DNA of 64,000 nt from Gammaproteobacteria bacterium (GTDB taxonomy: Bacteria; Pseudomonadota; Gammaproteobacteria; Eutrophobiales; Eutrophobiaceae). The notes under the pieces were generated by a model. The model ran no database searches and was not told where the DNA came from. It saw nothing but the letters and a program-made list of their open reading frames with translations. This document shows, one piece after another, positions 40,246 to 50,578 of the stretch. The translations under genes were made by a program, and so were the position numbers. Location of the stretch: positions 2,240,001 to 2,304,000 of the forward strand of contig CBDCTH010000012.1 of assembly GCA_965222155.1 (NCBI GenBank), in the 5' to 3' direction. The stretch's first letter is position 1; every line of letters begins with the position of its first letter.

Positions 40246-40851
40246 CTAGCCCTTGTCTACTGAGCCCCATTTCCCGAAAAAAAAGTGTTCGCTGACAGGA
40301 TTACGCTTCCTCGGTGCAAATTCCCTCTCCTGATGTTGTTCCGGCACGGCCTCTCGCGCCAGTTGATAGCCGATGGCGATCATGGCCATTGGCGTATGGT
40401 CGTCCGGTATGCCAAAAACCTGGCTGGATTTATCTGCGTCGAAACCGCCCATCTGGTGGGCCATGAGACCAAGGTCGGTGGCTTGCAGACATACACTGAT
40501 GCCGGCGGCGCCGGTATCGTATTGCGCCCACCTGTTTGGTTCACCGTTATGCTTGAAGCGTTCCACCGCGACCGCAAGGATGAGTACCGGCGCATTCCGG
40601 GCCCAGGTGCGGTTCCCCTCTACCAGGCAGTCGAAGGCTGTGCCCCAGGCCGCTTCGTCCCTGGACCTGTCACAGATAATGAAGTTCCAGGGTTGGGCGC
40701 CGAAACAGGACATGGACCACCTGGCGGCCTCTATACAGGCAGAGAGTTTCTCAGCTTCCACCAGCCGGTCGGGGTCATACGCCACGCCGCTCCAGCGACT
40801 TGCCAACATGTCATTAATGGTAACTTCTGTAATTGCTTTTTTTTCAAACAT
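40246..40851 (-). CDS. Nitroreductase family protein
   Basis: RWS, EAARWS.S.FGAQPW, HQMGGFD, R.R. Confidence 0.9.
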   Translation of the reverse strand: MFEKKAITEVTINDMLASRWSGVAYDPDRLVEAEKLSACIEAARWSMSCFGAQPWNFIICDRSRDEAAWGTAFDCLVEGNRTWARNAPVLILAVAVERFKHNGEPNRWAQYDTGAAGISVCLQATDLGLMAHQMGGFDADKSSQVFGIPDDHTPMAMIAIGYQLAREAVPEQHQEREFAPRKRNPVSEHFFFGKWGSVDKG

Positions 40852-40961
40852 GGTATTTTTCCAAAGTTAATCCGAAACTGCTCACCATTATATCGTTTAG
40901 TCGGGCCGCTGGCACGGAATCAAATCAGGAATCAAATCGGGCAAGGGGAACTGTGGAGAAC

Positions 40962-42134
40962 TCAGTCCCGACGCATACGGTCGGACGTTGCTATAGGTGT
41001 GCGGTAACGGAGGACCACGATACAGGATGAAACTAAAAACGTAATTAATGTCGCTAGTTGAATCAGGTACGAGGTCTCCTGCTGAATAAATCGCGCCTCA
41101 ACCGCCAGTATTGCGATCAGGAAGGAAAACTCGCTTATCTGTCCCAACCGGTAACCCACTTCCCTGGAAATTGCCCGTTTTTCATGGGCTTTGACGAACA
41201 GCTTCTCGAAGATCACGGGCTTTATGACCAGGGCACAGGCTGCTAGAGCTGCCGCCGGAAGGATAATTTCGGAGATAATATCCAGGTTGAAGCTGGCGCC
41301 CATCGAGAAGAAAAACAGCACCAGGAAGAAATCCCGTAACGGCTTTAATTTCATGGTGATAAACAGCGCAATAGGGCTGGACGCTAACGTTATCCCGGCG
41401 ATGAACGCGCCGATCTCGCGGGACAGGCCCAGCATGACCGCCACCTCTGCGATTGCCAGACACCAGGCAATCGCCAGCAAAAAAATATATTCGTGGATTT
41501 GATCAAACCGGTTGATCAACCTGACAATGACGTATCGCTCAAAGAACCAGGAAATGAAGATCAATACCGGCAGGGCCAGCAATTGCATGGTGATATCGAC
41601 CAGTAAATTTTCGTTTTTACCGTATCCCTGCAACATCAGTAAAATAATAATCGCTACCAGGTCCTGGATTAACAATACACTGATGATGATCTGTCCCGTA
41701 TGGCGATGGTGTAGCGCGGTGGTGGGCAATAGCTTCACGCCGATAATGGTGCTGGAAAACATCATGATGGAACCGACCAACATCGCCTCGGACAGCGGGT
41801 AACTGAAACCATAGGCTATGGCAAAACCCGCAATGAAAAACAAGACCGAACTCAGTAATGTCACCCACAGCGCCTCTCCCAGCATTTTCCACAATTCCTG
41901 GGGGAACAGGTCCAGCCCGAGCAGGTAGAGCAGGAACACGATGCCGATATGCGAGATATCAGCAATCAATTCGGGATCATCAACCAGGCCCATGCCCCAG
42001 GGTCCCAGTATGACACCAAGGACAATATACGCGACGATCACAGCCTGGCGCGTGTATAACGCGAGGGTCGCGAGTATCGCGGCCCCTGTAAAAATCAGGA
42101 AAATTGAAAATTCGATACCGGGAGAAGTCATCAT
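40962..42134 (-). CDS. Cation:proton antiporter (CPA2 family)
   Basis: GIVFLLY.LGL, FSSTII, LLIQD, GQISEFSF. Confidence 0.9.
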   Translation of the reverse strand: MMTSPGIEFSIFLIFTGAAILATLALYTRQAVIVAYIVLGVILGPWGMGLVDDPELIADISHIGIVFLLYLLGLDLFPQELWKMLGEALWVTLLSSVLFFIAGFAIAYGFSYPLSEAMLVGSIMMFSSTIIGVKLLPTTALHHRHTGQIIISVLLIQDLVAIIILLMLQGYGKNENLLVDITMQLLALPVLIFISWFFERYVIVRLINRFDQIHEYIFLLAIAWCLAIAEVAVMLGLSREIGAFIAGITLASSPIALFITMKLKPLRDFFLVLFFFSMGASFNLDIISEIILPAAALAACALVIKPVIFEKLFVKAHEKRAISREVGYRLGQISEFSFLIAILAVEARFIQQETSYLIQLATLITFLVSSCIVVLRYRTPIATSDRMRRD

Positions 42135-42243
42135 GGGATATAAAATACCATGATTATCCGCAGATTACGCCGATGAGCGCAGATTTGTTATGCCACCGTC
42201 AGGGCATTTAAGATTCTGCCGCAGGGAGTAGAAATCCACCTTG

Positions 42244-42272
42244 TCGTCATTCCCGCGAAAGCGGGAATCCAG
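42244..42272. repeat. dRS3-like palindrome GTCATTCCCGCGAAAGCGGGAATCCAG
   Basis: Related copies as an inverted pair at ~54561-54648 and at ~49245-49273. Confidence 0.7.
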
Positions 42273-42308
42273 TTGAAAAAAAGATACCTTACGGCAAAAG
42301 AAATCGAG

Positions 42309-42413
42309 CATTTTACCCCCAAATTGGCCCTTTTAAGCTCATTTATAGCCATGTATTAGTATTTATTTATAGTAAATTCAATGGGTTATACCGGCTTATA
42401 CTGGTCCGACCCT
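42309..42413. repeat. 105-bp AT-rich direct repeat, copy 1
   Basis: Highly similar to 43816-43920; ends TATACTGGTCCGACCCT. Confidence 0.85.
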
Positions 42414-43781
42414 AGCAAATAACTCTGTGTCTTCTGTGGCTTGACCGTTTTTCATCAGATAGATAATCAGCAATAGCGCTGGCGCGCCCAGCAAACCGGC
42501 ATACAGGAAGAAGTACGCATAACCGGCTGCCTCGACCATAATACCGGAAAAACCGCCGATAATTTTTGCCGGCAACGTCATCAGGGAGGAAAACAAAGCA
42601 TATTGAGTGGCGGTATAAGTGGTATTCGTCAGGCTGGAGAGGTAGGCGATGAAGGCCGACGTGGCAAAACCGCCGCTCAGGTTATCAACGCTGATAACAG
42701 TTGCCAGACTGACGAGATTCGGTTCACTGACGGCCAACCAGACGAAGAACAAATTGGTTATGGGCACCAGTATGGCCCCCAGCAACAACGGTTTGTAAAT
42801 CCCGTAACGTAACACGAATACCCCGCCTAATCCTGCGCCGACGATGGTCATGAAAAATCCGTAAATCTTGGTGATATTCGCAATCTCGACCTTGCTGAAA
42901 CCCAGGTCCAGGTAAAACGGATTAGCCATTACCCCCATAGTGATATCGCTGAGCCGGAACGTCCCGATGAGCAGCAGGATCAGTAAGGCCAATAACCCGT
43001 TTCTCTTGAAAAACTCGACAAAAGGGCTGACCACGGCACCGGTGAACCAGGCAGCCAGCCAGGCAATACGACGCCCATTTTTTTTCAGGCCCATTTTCCG
43101 CGCCAATTCATTTTCCAATTGCCCGGTGGCCTCAGAGGCCGGGTGGGCGGGTTCAGCAATAATCAGTGTCGTTATTATGCCTATGCCCATCAGACAGGCC
43201 ATGCTGAAATATGCGTATTGCCAGGTCTGGGCCGCGGCAATATAGAATGCACCGGCGCCGGCTACAAGCAGGGCCACCCGATAGCCGAATACATAGCTGG
43301 CCGCCATTGCCCCCTGTAATAATCTGTCTACCGCCTCAATACGATAAGCATCAATAGTAATATCCTGGGTCGCCGAGCCGAATGCAACCAACAGGGCAAA
43401 GAGCGCGAGCTGCTGTAACTGTGACTGGGGGTCGGACAAGGCCATGCCTGCGAGACCTAATGCAATCAGGAACTGGGCAGACAACATCCATGAGCGCCTT
43501 TTACCCATCCGGTCGGTAAGGATAAAAATCGGCGCCCGGTCAACCACCGGCGCCCAGAATACCTTGATAGAGTAGGTAATGCCTATCCAGCTGAAGAAAC
43601 CGATGGTGGATAAAGCCAGTCCTGAGTCCCGTAGCCAGGCCGACAAGGTGGAAAACACCAGGAGAAAAGGCAGTCCGGCGGAAAACCCGAGAAAACTCAT
43701 GGCAATGACGCGGGGCCGGCTGTATACCGCCAGTGCGCTGCGCCAGTCCCTGCCGGTTATATCGATCATGCCGCTATTCAT
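42396..43781 (-). CDS. ampG: AmpG muropeptide permease
   Basis: LGFSAGLP, K.FWAP.VD, SATQDI.IDAYRIE, ATQYALFSSL. Confidence 0.92.
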   Translation of the reverse strand: MNSGMIDITGRDWRSALAVYSRPRVIAMSFLGFSAGLPFLLVFSTLSAWLRDSGLALSTIGFFSWIGITYSIKVFWAPVVDRAPIFILTDRMGKRRSWMLSAQFLIALGLAGMALSDPQSQLQQLALFALLVAFGSATQDITIDAYRIEAVDRLLQGAMAASYVFGYRVALLVAGAGAFYIAAAQTWQYAYFSMACLMGIGIITTLIIAEPAHPASEATGQLENELARKMGLKKNGRRIAWLAAWFTGAVVSPFVEFFKRNGLLALLILLLIGTFRLSDITMGVMANPFYLDLGFSKVEIANITKIYGFFMTIVGAGLGGVFVLRYGIYKPLLLGAILVPITNLFFVWLAVSEPNLVSLATVISVDNLSGGFATSAFIAYLSSLTNTTYTATQYALFSSLMTLPAKIIGGFSGIMVEAAGYAYFFLYAGLLGAPALLLIIYLMKNGQATEDTELFARVGPV

Positions 43782-43815
43782 TCACGGGTTTATACTGGTC
43801 CTACCCTAGAAATCC

Positions 43816-43920
43816 CATTTTACCCTAAAATAGACCCTTTTAAGCTCACTTATAGCCATGTATTGGTATTTATTTATAGTATATTCAATGGGTTATATGG
43901 GTTTATACTGGTCCGACCCT
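43816..43920. repeat. 105-bp AT-rich direct repeat, copy 2
   Basis: See copy 1; short partial copies at ~43786-43808 and ~49353-49370. Confidence 0.85.
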
Positions 43921-45623
43921 CACAGTTCCAATTCTTCCTCGGGCATGTGGTGCCTGGGGTGTACCGGGCGCATGAAGGCATTGCTTACCAATGCGATGGC
44001 GAGCAGCAGGGCCATGAGATACATGGTGCCGTTATACAGGTTTGTAGTCGGGTCGACCGTACCAGCCGGAGCGATGTCCATCAAGCTGGCTATGGTCACA
44101 GTCTTTGCCTGCACCAATGCAGGTAACTGATCGATGCTGGCGCCGAATGCTTCGGCAAAAGCAGCCGGATCAATTTTGCCGACCAGGTCGTCAATGGCCC
44201 TGGTTACGGCGTTTTCCCGCAGTGACGTGATTGCCAGGGGACCCAGTACGCCGGCGGTACTCCAGGCGGTCAACAGGCGGCCGTGGATACCCCCAACGTA
44301 CTTCGTCCCGAAAATGTCTGCCAGGTAGGCCGGGATAGTGGCGAAGCCGCCGCCGTACATGGTAAAGATGATCATGGTGGCGGCGTAGAAATACACCAGC
44401 CAGACCACCGTGGGACTGACACTGACCTGCTGGGCGGTATATGGGATGGAGCAATAAAGCAGAATACCCAGCGCAAAGAATATCCAGTAGGTATTGCGCC
44501 GCCCGATGTAATCCGAGGTGCTGGCCCAGATAAACCGCCCGACCATGTTGAATACGCTGATCATGACCACGTAGGTCGCGGCAAACGCCCCGTCAACGAT
44601 ATGCGGCAAGGTTGTACCGAATATCTCGGTCATCATGGTCTTGGCCACGCCCAGCACGCCGATACCGGCGGTAACGTTAAAACAAAGCACGATCCATAAC
44701 TGGTAAAACTGCCGTGTTTTCAAGGCCTGGTCTATGTCCACGTGGTTGCTCGTCATCATCTTCTTTTCCGCGTGGGCCTCATCCGGGGGAGTCCAGCCTG
44801 CCGGTTGCCAGCCCGGAGCAGGGAGCCGGTAGGAAAACGCCGCGATCATCATGACAATGAAATAAATTACGCCCATGGTGAAGAACGTCGGGGCAACGCC
44901 GACCGAACCGGTGCCGACCAGGTAAACGCCCTCCGCTCCCGGAAGCACCATCTGCGCCAACTCGTTGGCGCCGACAACAACTACTTCACGCAGTTCCCCA
45001 CCGATTTCCACGAAACGCCGCCCTGCCCTGGTAATCAGTTCGAGGTCGGTAACCGCACCCAGGTATTCGGGAGCCTTATAGTAAAACTGGATAAAAAACT
45101 CCTTCAAGGGCGCGCCGATCATGGCGCCGCCGCCAAAACCCATTATCGCCATGCCGGCAGCCATACCGCGCCGGTCCGGGAACCAGCGGATCAGCGTGCT
45201 GACGGGTGACACATAACCCAGGCCCAGGCCGCAACCGCCCAACACCCCGTAACCCAGGTACAGCAGCCATAACTGATGGGTTACGATACCCATGCCGCCG
45301 ATGATGAAACCGCCGCCCCAGCAGCAGGCCGATACCACGCCCACCATGCGCGGACCCACCTGTTCCAGCCACCTGCCGGCGATAGCTGCCGCCAGCCCCA
45401 GGAACACAATCGACACGGTAAATATCCACACGACGCTCTTCAGGGACCAGTCATCGGCGGCGCTCACCACTACCCCGATCTGTTTTACCAGGGCGGGATT
45501 GAAGATGCTCCAGGCATATACCGAACCGATACAAAGATGAATGCCCAGAGCCGCCGGGACGATCAACCAGCGATTGAATCCGGGTTTTGCGATAATATGT
45601 TGCCTGGACAGGATGCCCGCCAT
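43920..45623 (-). CDS. OFA-family MFS transporter
   Basis: IHLCIGSVYAWS, WFPDRRGMA.G.AIMGFGGG, PAYLADIFG. Confidence 0.9.
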   Translation of the reverse strand: MAGILSRQHIIAKPGFNRWLIVPAALGIHLCIGSVYAWSIFNPALVKQIGVVVSAADDWSLKSVVWIFTVSIVFLGLAAAIAGRWLEQVGPRMVGVVSACCWGGGFIIGGMGIVTHQLWLLYLGYGVLGGCGLGLGYVSPVSTLIRWFPDRRGMAAGMAIMGFGGGAMIGAPLKEFFIQFYYKAPEYLGAVTDLELITRAGRRFVEIGGELREVVVVGANELAQMVLPGAEGVYLVGTGSVGVAPTFFTMGVIYFIVMMIAAFSYRLPAPGWQPAGWTPPDEAHAEKKMMTSNHVDIDQALKTRQFYQLWIVLCFNVTAGIGVLGVAKTMMTEIFGTTLPHIVDGAFAATYVVMISVFNMVGRFIWASTSDYIGRRNTYWIFFALGILLYCSIPYTAQQVSVSPTVVWLVYFYAATMIIFTMYGGGFATIPAYLADIFGTKYVGGIHGRLLTAWSTAGVLGPLAITSLRENAVTRAIDDLVGKIDPAAFAEAFGASIDQLPALVQAKTVTIASLMDIAPAGTVDPTTNLYNGTMYLMALLLAIALVSNAFMRPVHPRHHMPEEELEL

Positions 45624-45753
45624 GTTGTCTCCTTATTTATTTTAACCGCTCTAAATTCTGTTTACTTCCCAACTGTCATCATGCTCCGCCTGGTCAGGAA
45701 ATCCGTGGGGCTATTGTAACGTGAAAAGGAACGTGGATAGAAATGAGTTAGCG

Positions 45754-46629
45754 TCAGCGTTGGTGACCCTGAATATACTCCCTCTTCAACTTCTCTATAA
45801 AAACCATTTGTTCCGACTTTATCAACTCCTTGTCAACGTCGTCGGCAAAACGACTGATATAGTCACCCCCCTGTGGAAATTTCTTCCATTTATTGCCTGT
45901 AGAAAACGCAAAAACGTCGGCGCTCCGTATATCCAGTTTCACTTTCCCGTCTGATAAATCAGCCAAATGCCCGGCAATGCTTGATAAAGCCTTTATCCTG
46001 GGTTTGTCCAGCCGATCGAATTCCAATACGCGAAAGATATCGTTGCCCTGCTCATAAGTATAACCAACAGATTCAACCCTATTTAAATACCCCATCATCA
46101 TGCCAAAAAGCAACCGCGCAGATATCGGATTCAGGTAGTCTTTACTGCCAACGTCAAAGACAGTGTGTATGACAGCAGGCTGTATACCTTTATCAACGGG
46201 CACATGGCACAACAAGAGAACACTGTCCTGAAAATAGATATAGCCGATCATTGATGCCAGGGAAATAATGTCTTCACCGGTAGAATTCGCGGCCATATTC
46301 AGGCGGGCATTGATGGAAGTGCCGGATACGCCCTTGTAGCCACCCTGAGTAATCAGTATATCCCGGAATTTTATTTTGTTAACGAGGCTGGGGCTGATAG
46401 CCAGGATTGCTTCAAGACGTTTACTCTCGGTCCGTGACAGTGCTTTCCGTTGTTCCCAGCTCAATTCGGAAACCGCTTCAAAAACTGTTTTCTCTATCTG
46501 GCCGGCCGTATCTCTGTTTGGGAATACTTCGTAGAATATTTCACAATCAGGGTTTGATAATTTGTCTGCGGCGGCAAAAACAGTTATTGGAAAAAGAAGA
46601 AGTATGCTTATTCTTGCCAGGCTGGGCAT
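45754..46629 (-). CDS. Hypothetical exported protein
   Basis: 291-aa ORF with signal peptide (TVFA-A); no recognised motif. Confidence 0.6.
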   Translation of the reverse strand: MPSLARISILLLFPITVFAAADKLSNPDCEIFYEVFPNRDTAGQIEKTVFEAVSELSWEQRKALSRTESKRLEAILAISPSLVNKIKFRDILITQGGYKGVSGTSINARLNMAANSTGEDIISLASMIGYIYFQDSVLLLCHVPVDKGIQPAVIHTVFDVGSKDYLNPISARLLFGMMMGYLNRVESVGYTYEQGNDIFRVLEFDRLDKPRIKALSSIAGHLADLSDGKVKLDIRSADVFAFSTGNKWKKFPQGGDYISRFADDVDKELIKSEQMVFIEKLKREYIQGHQR

Positions 46630-46677
46630 TATTTATCCCCGATTATGAAACAGGAAGGAACCGACGTTCAAAAAACA

Positions 46678-46712
46678 ACTGCGCTATTGATTTCATGGAT
46701 CAATAGCGCAGT
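46678..46712 (-). terminator. Rho-independent terminator after the TonB receptor gene
   Basis: 14-bp stem ACTGCGCTATTGAT/ATCAATAGCGCAGT followed by a T-tract on the minus strand. Confidence 0.7.
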
Positions 46713-46721
46713 CAGAAAGCT

Positions 46722-49169
46722 TTAGTAACTGAAACTTGTCCTCAGGTAAATGAAGCGGCCATTAACGCCGATCGGTGAGAGAACATCGTATGGCAAATTG
46801 CCAAAATAGCTGATATCGAATATCGATTCGTCCGGATATTCATCAAACAGGTTGTTACCCCCTGCTGAAACACGCCAGTTATCAGTAATTGCATATTCAA
46901 TATCGGCATCAACAGACCATTCAGCACCATAGACCTGCTGTGGCTCAAAACCACCGCCGAAATCAAATATACGCTCCGTTTTTCCGAAACGTGTTGCTCT
47001 CACCAAGGCAGAAATGGTTTCGTTGGACCATGAACCAGTGAGAATCAGCTTATCTTCGGGTGATGCCGTCTCATAGGTATTCTGCTCTTCGATACCAATA
47101 ATCACTCGATTCGGATTATTGACAATATCGGTTTCGGTGTTGTTATACGCAGCTGAGAGACTCCAGCCCTCGTGCCTGTAGGATGCAACCACGTCAAAGC
47201 CGGAGGTTTCAGTATCTGCAACATTGGTAAAAAACCGGACTCCGCCAACACCGGCTACACCTGTTACGGGTATATTCTGAGAGAGTGCAATACGATCATC
47301 GATATCCACTTCGTAGTAATCAAAGGTCAGACCAAGACCGTTTTCATGGAACCAGGTAAAACCGACGCTTATACTCAATGATTCTTCAGCATCAAGAGCC
47401 TCTGCTCCATTCTCCTGGGCCACCGGATCAGTCACGGGCAAACTCAATGTTCTTACCAGGGCGCCCCCGGTACCGTAACTGGTCGTCGTACCGGTAAAAA
47501 AGGCCTGCGCGAGAGAAGGCGCCCTGAATCCGGTGCTGACACTTCCGCGAATGGCGAAGCCCGGGAATAGTTCATAACGAGCCGCAGCTTTACCATTAAC
47601 CGTATCGCCGAAATCATCATAATCTTCAAATCTGCCTGCCACCGAGAACAGAATATCTTCAGTAATATCAAACTCCAGGTCGATATAGGCCGAATAGGAA
47701 AATCGATCCTCATCGACTTCATCGGAAGGCTGCAATCCCGAACCGCTCTGCGCGCCGATCTTGGCCGTATCACTATTACCGAAGGTGACACAGACCGCAC
47801 AGGCTACGGCAGTACCTGCGATATAAGATTCCGGGTCACCTGCCTCCGTGCTGTAATCCTCAAATCGAAACTCCAGGCCTGCGGCGACATTTACCGGGAT
47901 AGCGCCGAACTCCATCCCTTTGGAAACATCAAAATTCAGCACAGTCTGCGAATATTCATACTCGCCCCTGTAAAATTCAGTCGGACTCGCAGCACCCAGC
48001 GATGAATTAATAGTGTTCTTTACACCGTCGGAAAACTTATTGGAACCGTGTACTACGCTCGCATCAATCAGCCAGCCACCGGACAACTCGCCGGTTATAC
48101 CGCCGGCAACAGAGAAGTCAGTGATATCTACGTCACTTAACGGCATAAACCCGTTAGGATATACTGAAGCAATTGTATTTGCGCTGACCGGATAACGAAA
48201 GAAATTGTAGCCTTCTCCATCACGCTCCGAGTAACTGCCAAAACTGTATAACTCAAATCCTGAACTCAAATCGTAGCCGGCGTTATACATCAGGTTGATA
48301 TCACTTGATTCCCCATCGCCCTCACGATAGTTTCGCATGCCTGCCAGAGCATCGTTCGGGGCGGCCTCCGGTGTCCCGCTGGAAGGGATCGGCGCGATGA
48401 ATTCAGCAAAACCAATCGTCGGCAGCTGGTCGAAACCTGAGCGGTTAGTCGACGATCTGTCACGATATTCCGCACTGAGGTTAAGGTAACCGTTGGCGAA
48501 AGAAAACCCATGATTTGCACTGACAGTGACTGTTTGTCCGTCTGAGATATCCTCATCAACCGGTTTCAGATCAGTGACATGGCCCCCGTACGAAACCGAG
48601 ATATTTCCCCCTTCGGCATTATCTTTCAGGACGATGTTAATGACTCCGGCAATGGCATCCGAACCGTACTGGGCTGCTGCGCCATCCCGTAATACTTCAA
48701 TGCGTTCAATCGCACTGGTGGGGATATTATTAAAATCCACTGCTGCACTGCCTCTGCCTACCTTCGATTCAGTACTGATTACCGAATTAACGTGGCGTCG
48801 CTTTCCATTAACCAGAACCAGCACCTGATCAGGACTTAAACCCCTTAATTGCGCTGATCTGACAATATCGGTCTGACCGGAGTTGGATTGGCGCGGCATG
48901 CTGAAAGAAGCAACGGCAGCTTGTAACAAGCCACCCAGTTCTCCGGCAATATTGGGCGATCTGACCAGGTCATCGGCTGTAATGATATCCACCGGGACAA
49001 GGCTGTCCTCAATACCGCGGGCCTGAGAACGAGTGCCGATGGTAACGATTTCCTCAAGCTCGGTATCTGCAGCAGACTGGGATTCCTGTGCATCCAGCTG
49101 AAATGTACAGATATTCAGTGATACTAAGGTGATAGCTGGAAGCGTTATCAGGCTATTCGATAACTTCAT
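46722..49169 (-). CDS. TonB-dependent receptor
   Basis: TonB box EEIVT, IERIEVLRDGAAAQYGSDAIAGVINIVL, C-terminal aromatic residue. Confidence 0.95.
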   Translation of the reverse strand: MKLSNSLITLPAITLVSLNICTFQLDAQESQSAADTELEEIVTIGTRSQARGIEDSLVPVDIITADDLVRSPNIAGELGGLLQAAVASFSMPRQSNSGQTDIVRSAQLRGLSPDQVLVLVNGKRRHVNSVISTESKVGRGSAAVDFNNIPTSAIERIEVLRDGAAAQYGSDAIAGVINIVLKDNAEGGNISVSYGGHVTDLKPVDEDISDGQTVTVSANHGFSFANGYLNLSAEYRDRSSTNRSGFDQLPTIGFAEFIAPIPSSGTPEAAPNDALAGMRNYREGDGESSDINLMYNAGYDLSSGFELYSFGSYSERDGEGYNFFRYPVSANTIASVYPNGFMPLSDVDITDFSVAGGITGELSGGWLIDASVVHGSNKFSDGVKNTINSSLGAASPTEFYRGEYEYSQTVLNFDVSKGMEFGAIPVNVAAGLEFRFEDYSTEAGDPESYIAGTAVACAVCVTFGNSDTAKIGAQSGSGLQPSDEVDEDRFSYSAYIDLEFDITEDILFSVAGRFEDYDDFGDTVNGKAAARYELFPGFAIRGSVSTGFRAPSLAQAFFTGTTTSYGTGGALVRTLSLPVTDPVAQENGAEALDAEESLSISVGFTWFHENGLGLTFDYYEVDIDDRIALSQNIPVTGVAGVGGVRFFTNVADTETSGFDVVASYRHEGWSLSAAYNNTETDIVNNPNRVIIGIEEQNTYETASPEDKLILTGSWSNETISALVRATRFGKTERIFDFGGGFEPQQVYGAEWSVDADIEYAITDNWRVSAGGNNLFDEYPDESIFDISYFGNLPYDVLSPIGVNGRFIYLRTSFSY

Positions 49170-49265
49170 TTTATTTACTCCTGATAGTTTCTTGGATAAT
49201 GCCTGGATATGGCGCCATTCTACATAAAATAAGGAATGTTATCCACTGGATGCCGGGTCAAGCCC

Positions 49266-49336
49266 GGCATGACGTCAGGGCGGCGGGATGGCATGACGTC
49301 GGGGCGGCGGGATGGCATGACGTCAGGGCGGCGGGG
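49266..49336. repeat. 24-bp tandem repeat x3 attached to a palindromic repeat
   Basis: GGCATGACGTC(A/G)GGGCGGCGGGAT. Confidence 0.8.
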
Positions 49337-49399
49337 TGTCGGGGCGGGGGGGCTATACTGGTCTGACCCTGGAAGTATTTATTTGCTATACTGTCGAAC

Positions 49400-50398
49400 A
49401 TGAAGCACGAAGACATATTAGTCGATAATTTCGGCCGAACGGTGAACTATGTCCGTATCTCGGTAACGGATCGTTGCGACTTCCGTTGCGTGTACTGCAT
49501 GGACGAAGAAATGCAGTTCGTTCCTCGTGCCAAGTTGCTGTCCCTGGAAGAAATTTTGGTGATCGCCCGGGCTTTTACCGAGCTGGGAGTCAGCAAGATA
49601 CGCATCACCGGCGGCGAACCGTTAATCAGGCGGAATATCACCAAGTTGTTCTATGATATCGGGGAACTGGAAGGCTTGAAGGAACTGACTCTCACCACCA
49701 ATGGCTCGCAATTACCGAAACTGGCAGGCGAACTGAAAGAAGCCGGGGTGAAACGCCTCAACATCAGCCTGGACTCGCTCGACCCGGATAAATTCAGACG
49801 CCTGACCCGCGTCGGTGAACTGGACAAGGTGCTCGCAGGGATAGACGCGGCTGATGCAGCCGGGTTTGAAAAAATCAAGATCAACTCCGTCATTCTGAAA
49901 AACCGCAATGATGATGAAGTACTGGACCTGGTCGGGTTTGCCGCGGGGCGCGGCATGGACATCAGCTTCATCGAAGAAATGCCTCTGGGCGTTATCGGCG
50001 ACCATGACCGGGCCGAGGCCTATTACTCAAGTGATGCAATCAAGGCCGACCTGGAGCAACGCTATACGCTGTTGCCGACCACCGAAACGACCGGCGGTCC
50101 CTCGCGCTATTACAAGATTGTCGAAACCAACACCAAGGTAGGCTTCATCTCACCCCACAGCCATAACTTCTGCGACAGTTGCAACCGGGTCAGGCTCACT
50201 TGCGAGGGCCGCCTGCTGCTCTGTCTCGGCCAGGAACACTCCGTGGACTTGCGCCAAGTCATCAGGACCTATCCCGGCGACATGGACAGGTTAAAACAGG
50301 CATTGCGCGCGTCCATGGACATCAAACCCAAGGGACACGAATTCGATCTCTCAGTCAAACCCGTCATTTTCCGTCATATGAATATGACGGGAGGGTGA
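49400..50398 (+). CDS. moaA: GTP 3',8-cyclase MoaA
   Basis: RISVTDRCDFRCVYCM, FCDSCNRVR, C-terminal GG. Confidence 0.97.
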   Translation: MKHEDILVDNFGRTVNYVRISVTDRCDFRCVYCMDEEMQFVPRAKLLSLEEILVIARAFTELGVSKIRITGGEPLIRRNITKLFYDIGELEGLKELTLTTNGSQLPKLAGELKEAGVKRLNISLDSLDPDKFRRLTRVGELDKVLAGIDAADAAGFEKIKINSVILKNRNDDEVLDLVGFAAGRGMDISFIEEMPLGVIGDHDRAEAYYSSDAIKADLEQRYTLLPTTETTGGPSRYYKIVETNTKVGFISPHSHNFCDSCNRVRLTCEGRLLLCLGQEHSVDLRQVIRTYPGDMDRLKQALRASMDIKPKGHEFDLSVKPVIFRHMNMTGG

Positions 50399-50578
50399 GC
50401 CGGATAAAGAAAAAGACACTTAACGTGTCTTTTTCCCGGCGAACGACACAACACGGATGTTGTGGCTGGGGTTTAACGAAGTTGCTGAAGTCGCACCAGG
50501 GATGGTTACTCGATACTTTATAAGCTTGATAAACTCAAGACATCAAAATGATATTCCCGGCGAACACAGTATCAAGTT

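Noticed and set aside
49170-49399. Moco riboswitch upstream of moaA (also looked upstream of moaD)
   Set aside because: Region is occupied by palindromic and tandem repeats and moaA looks leaderless (TATACT 7 nt before ATG); no recognisable motif, though an Rfam scan would be decisive
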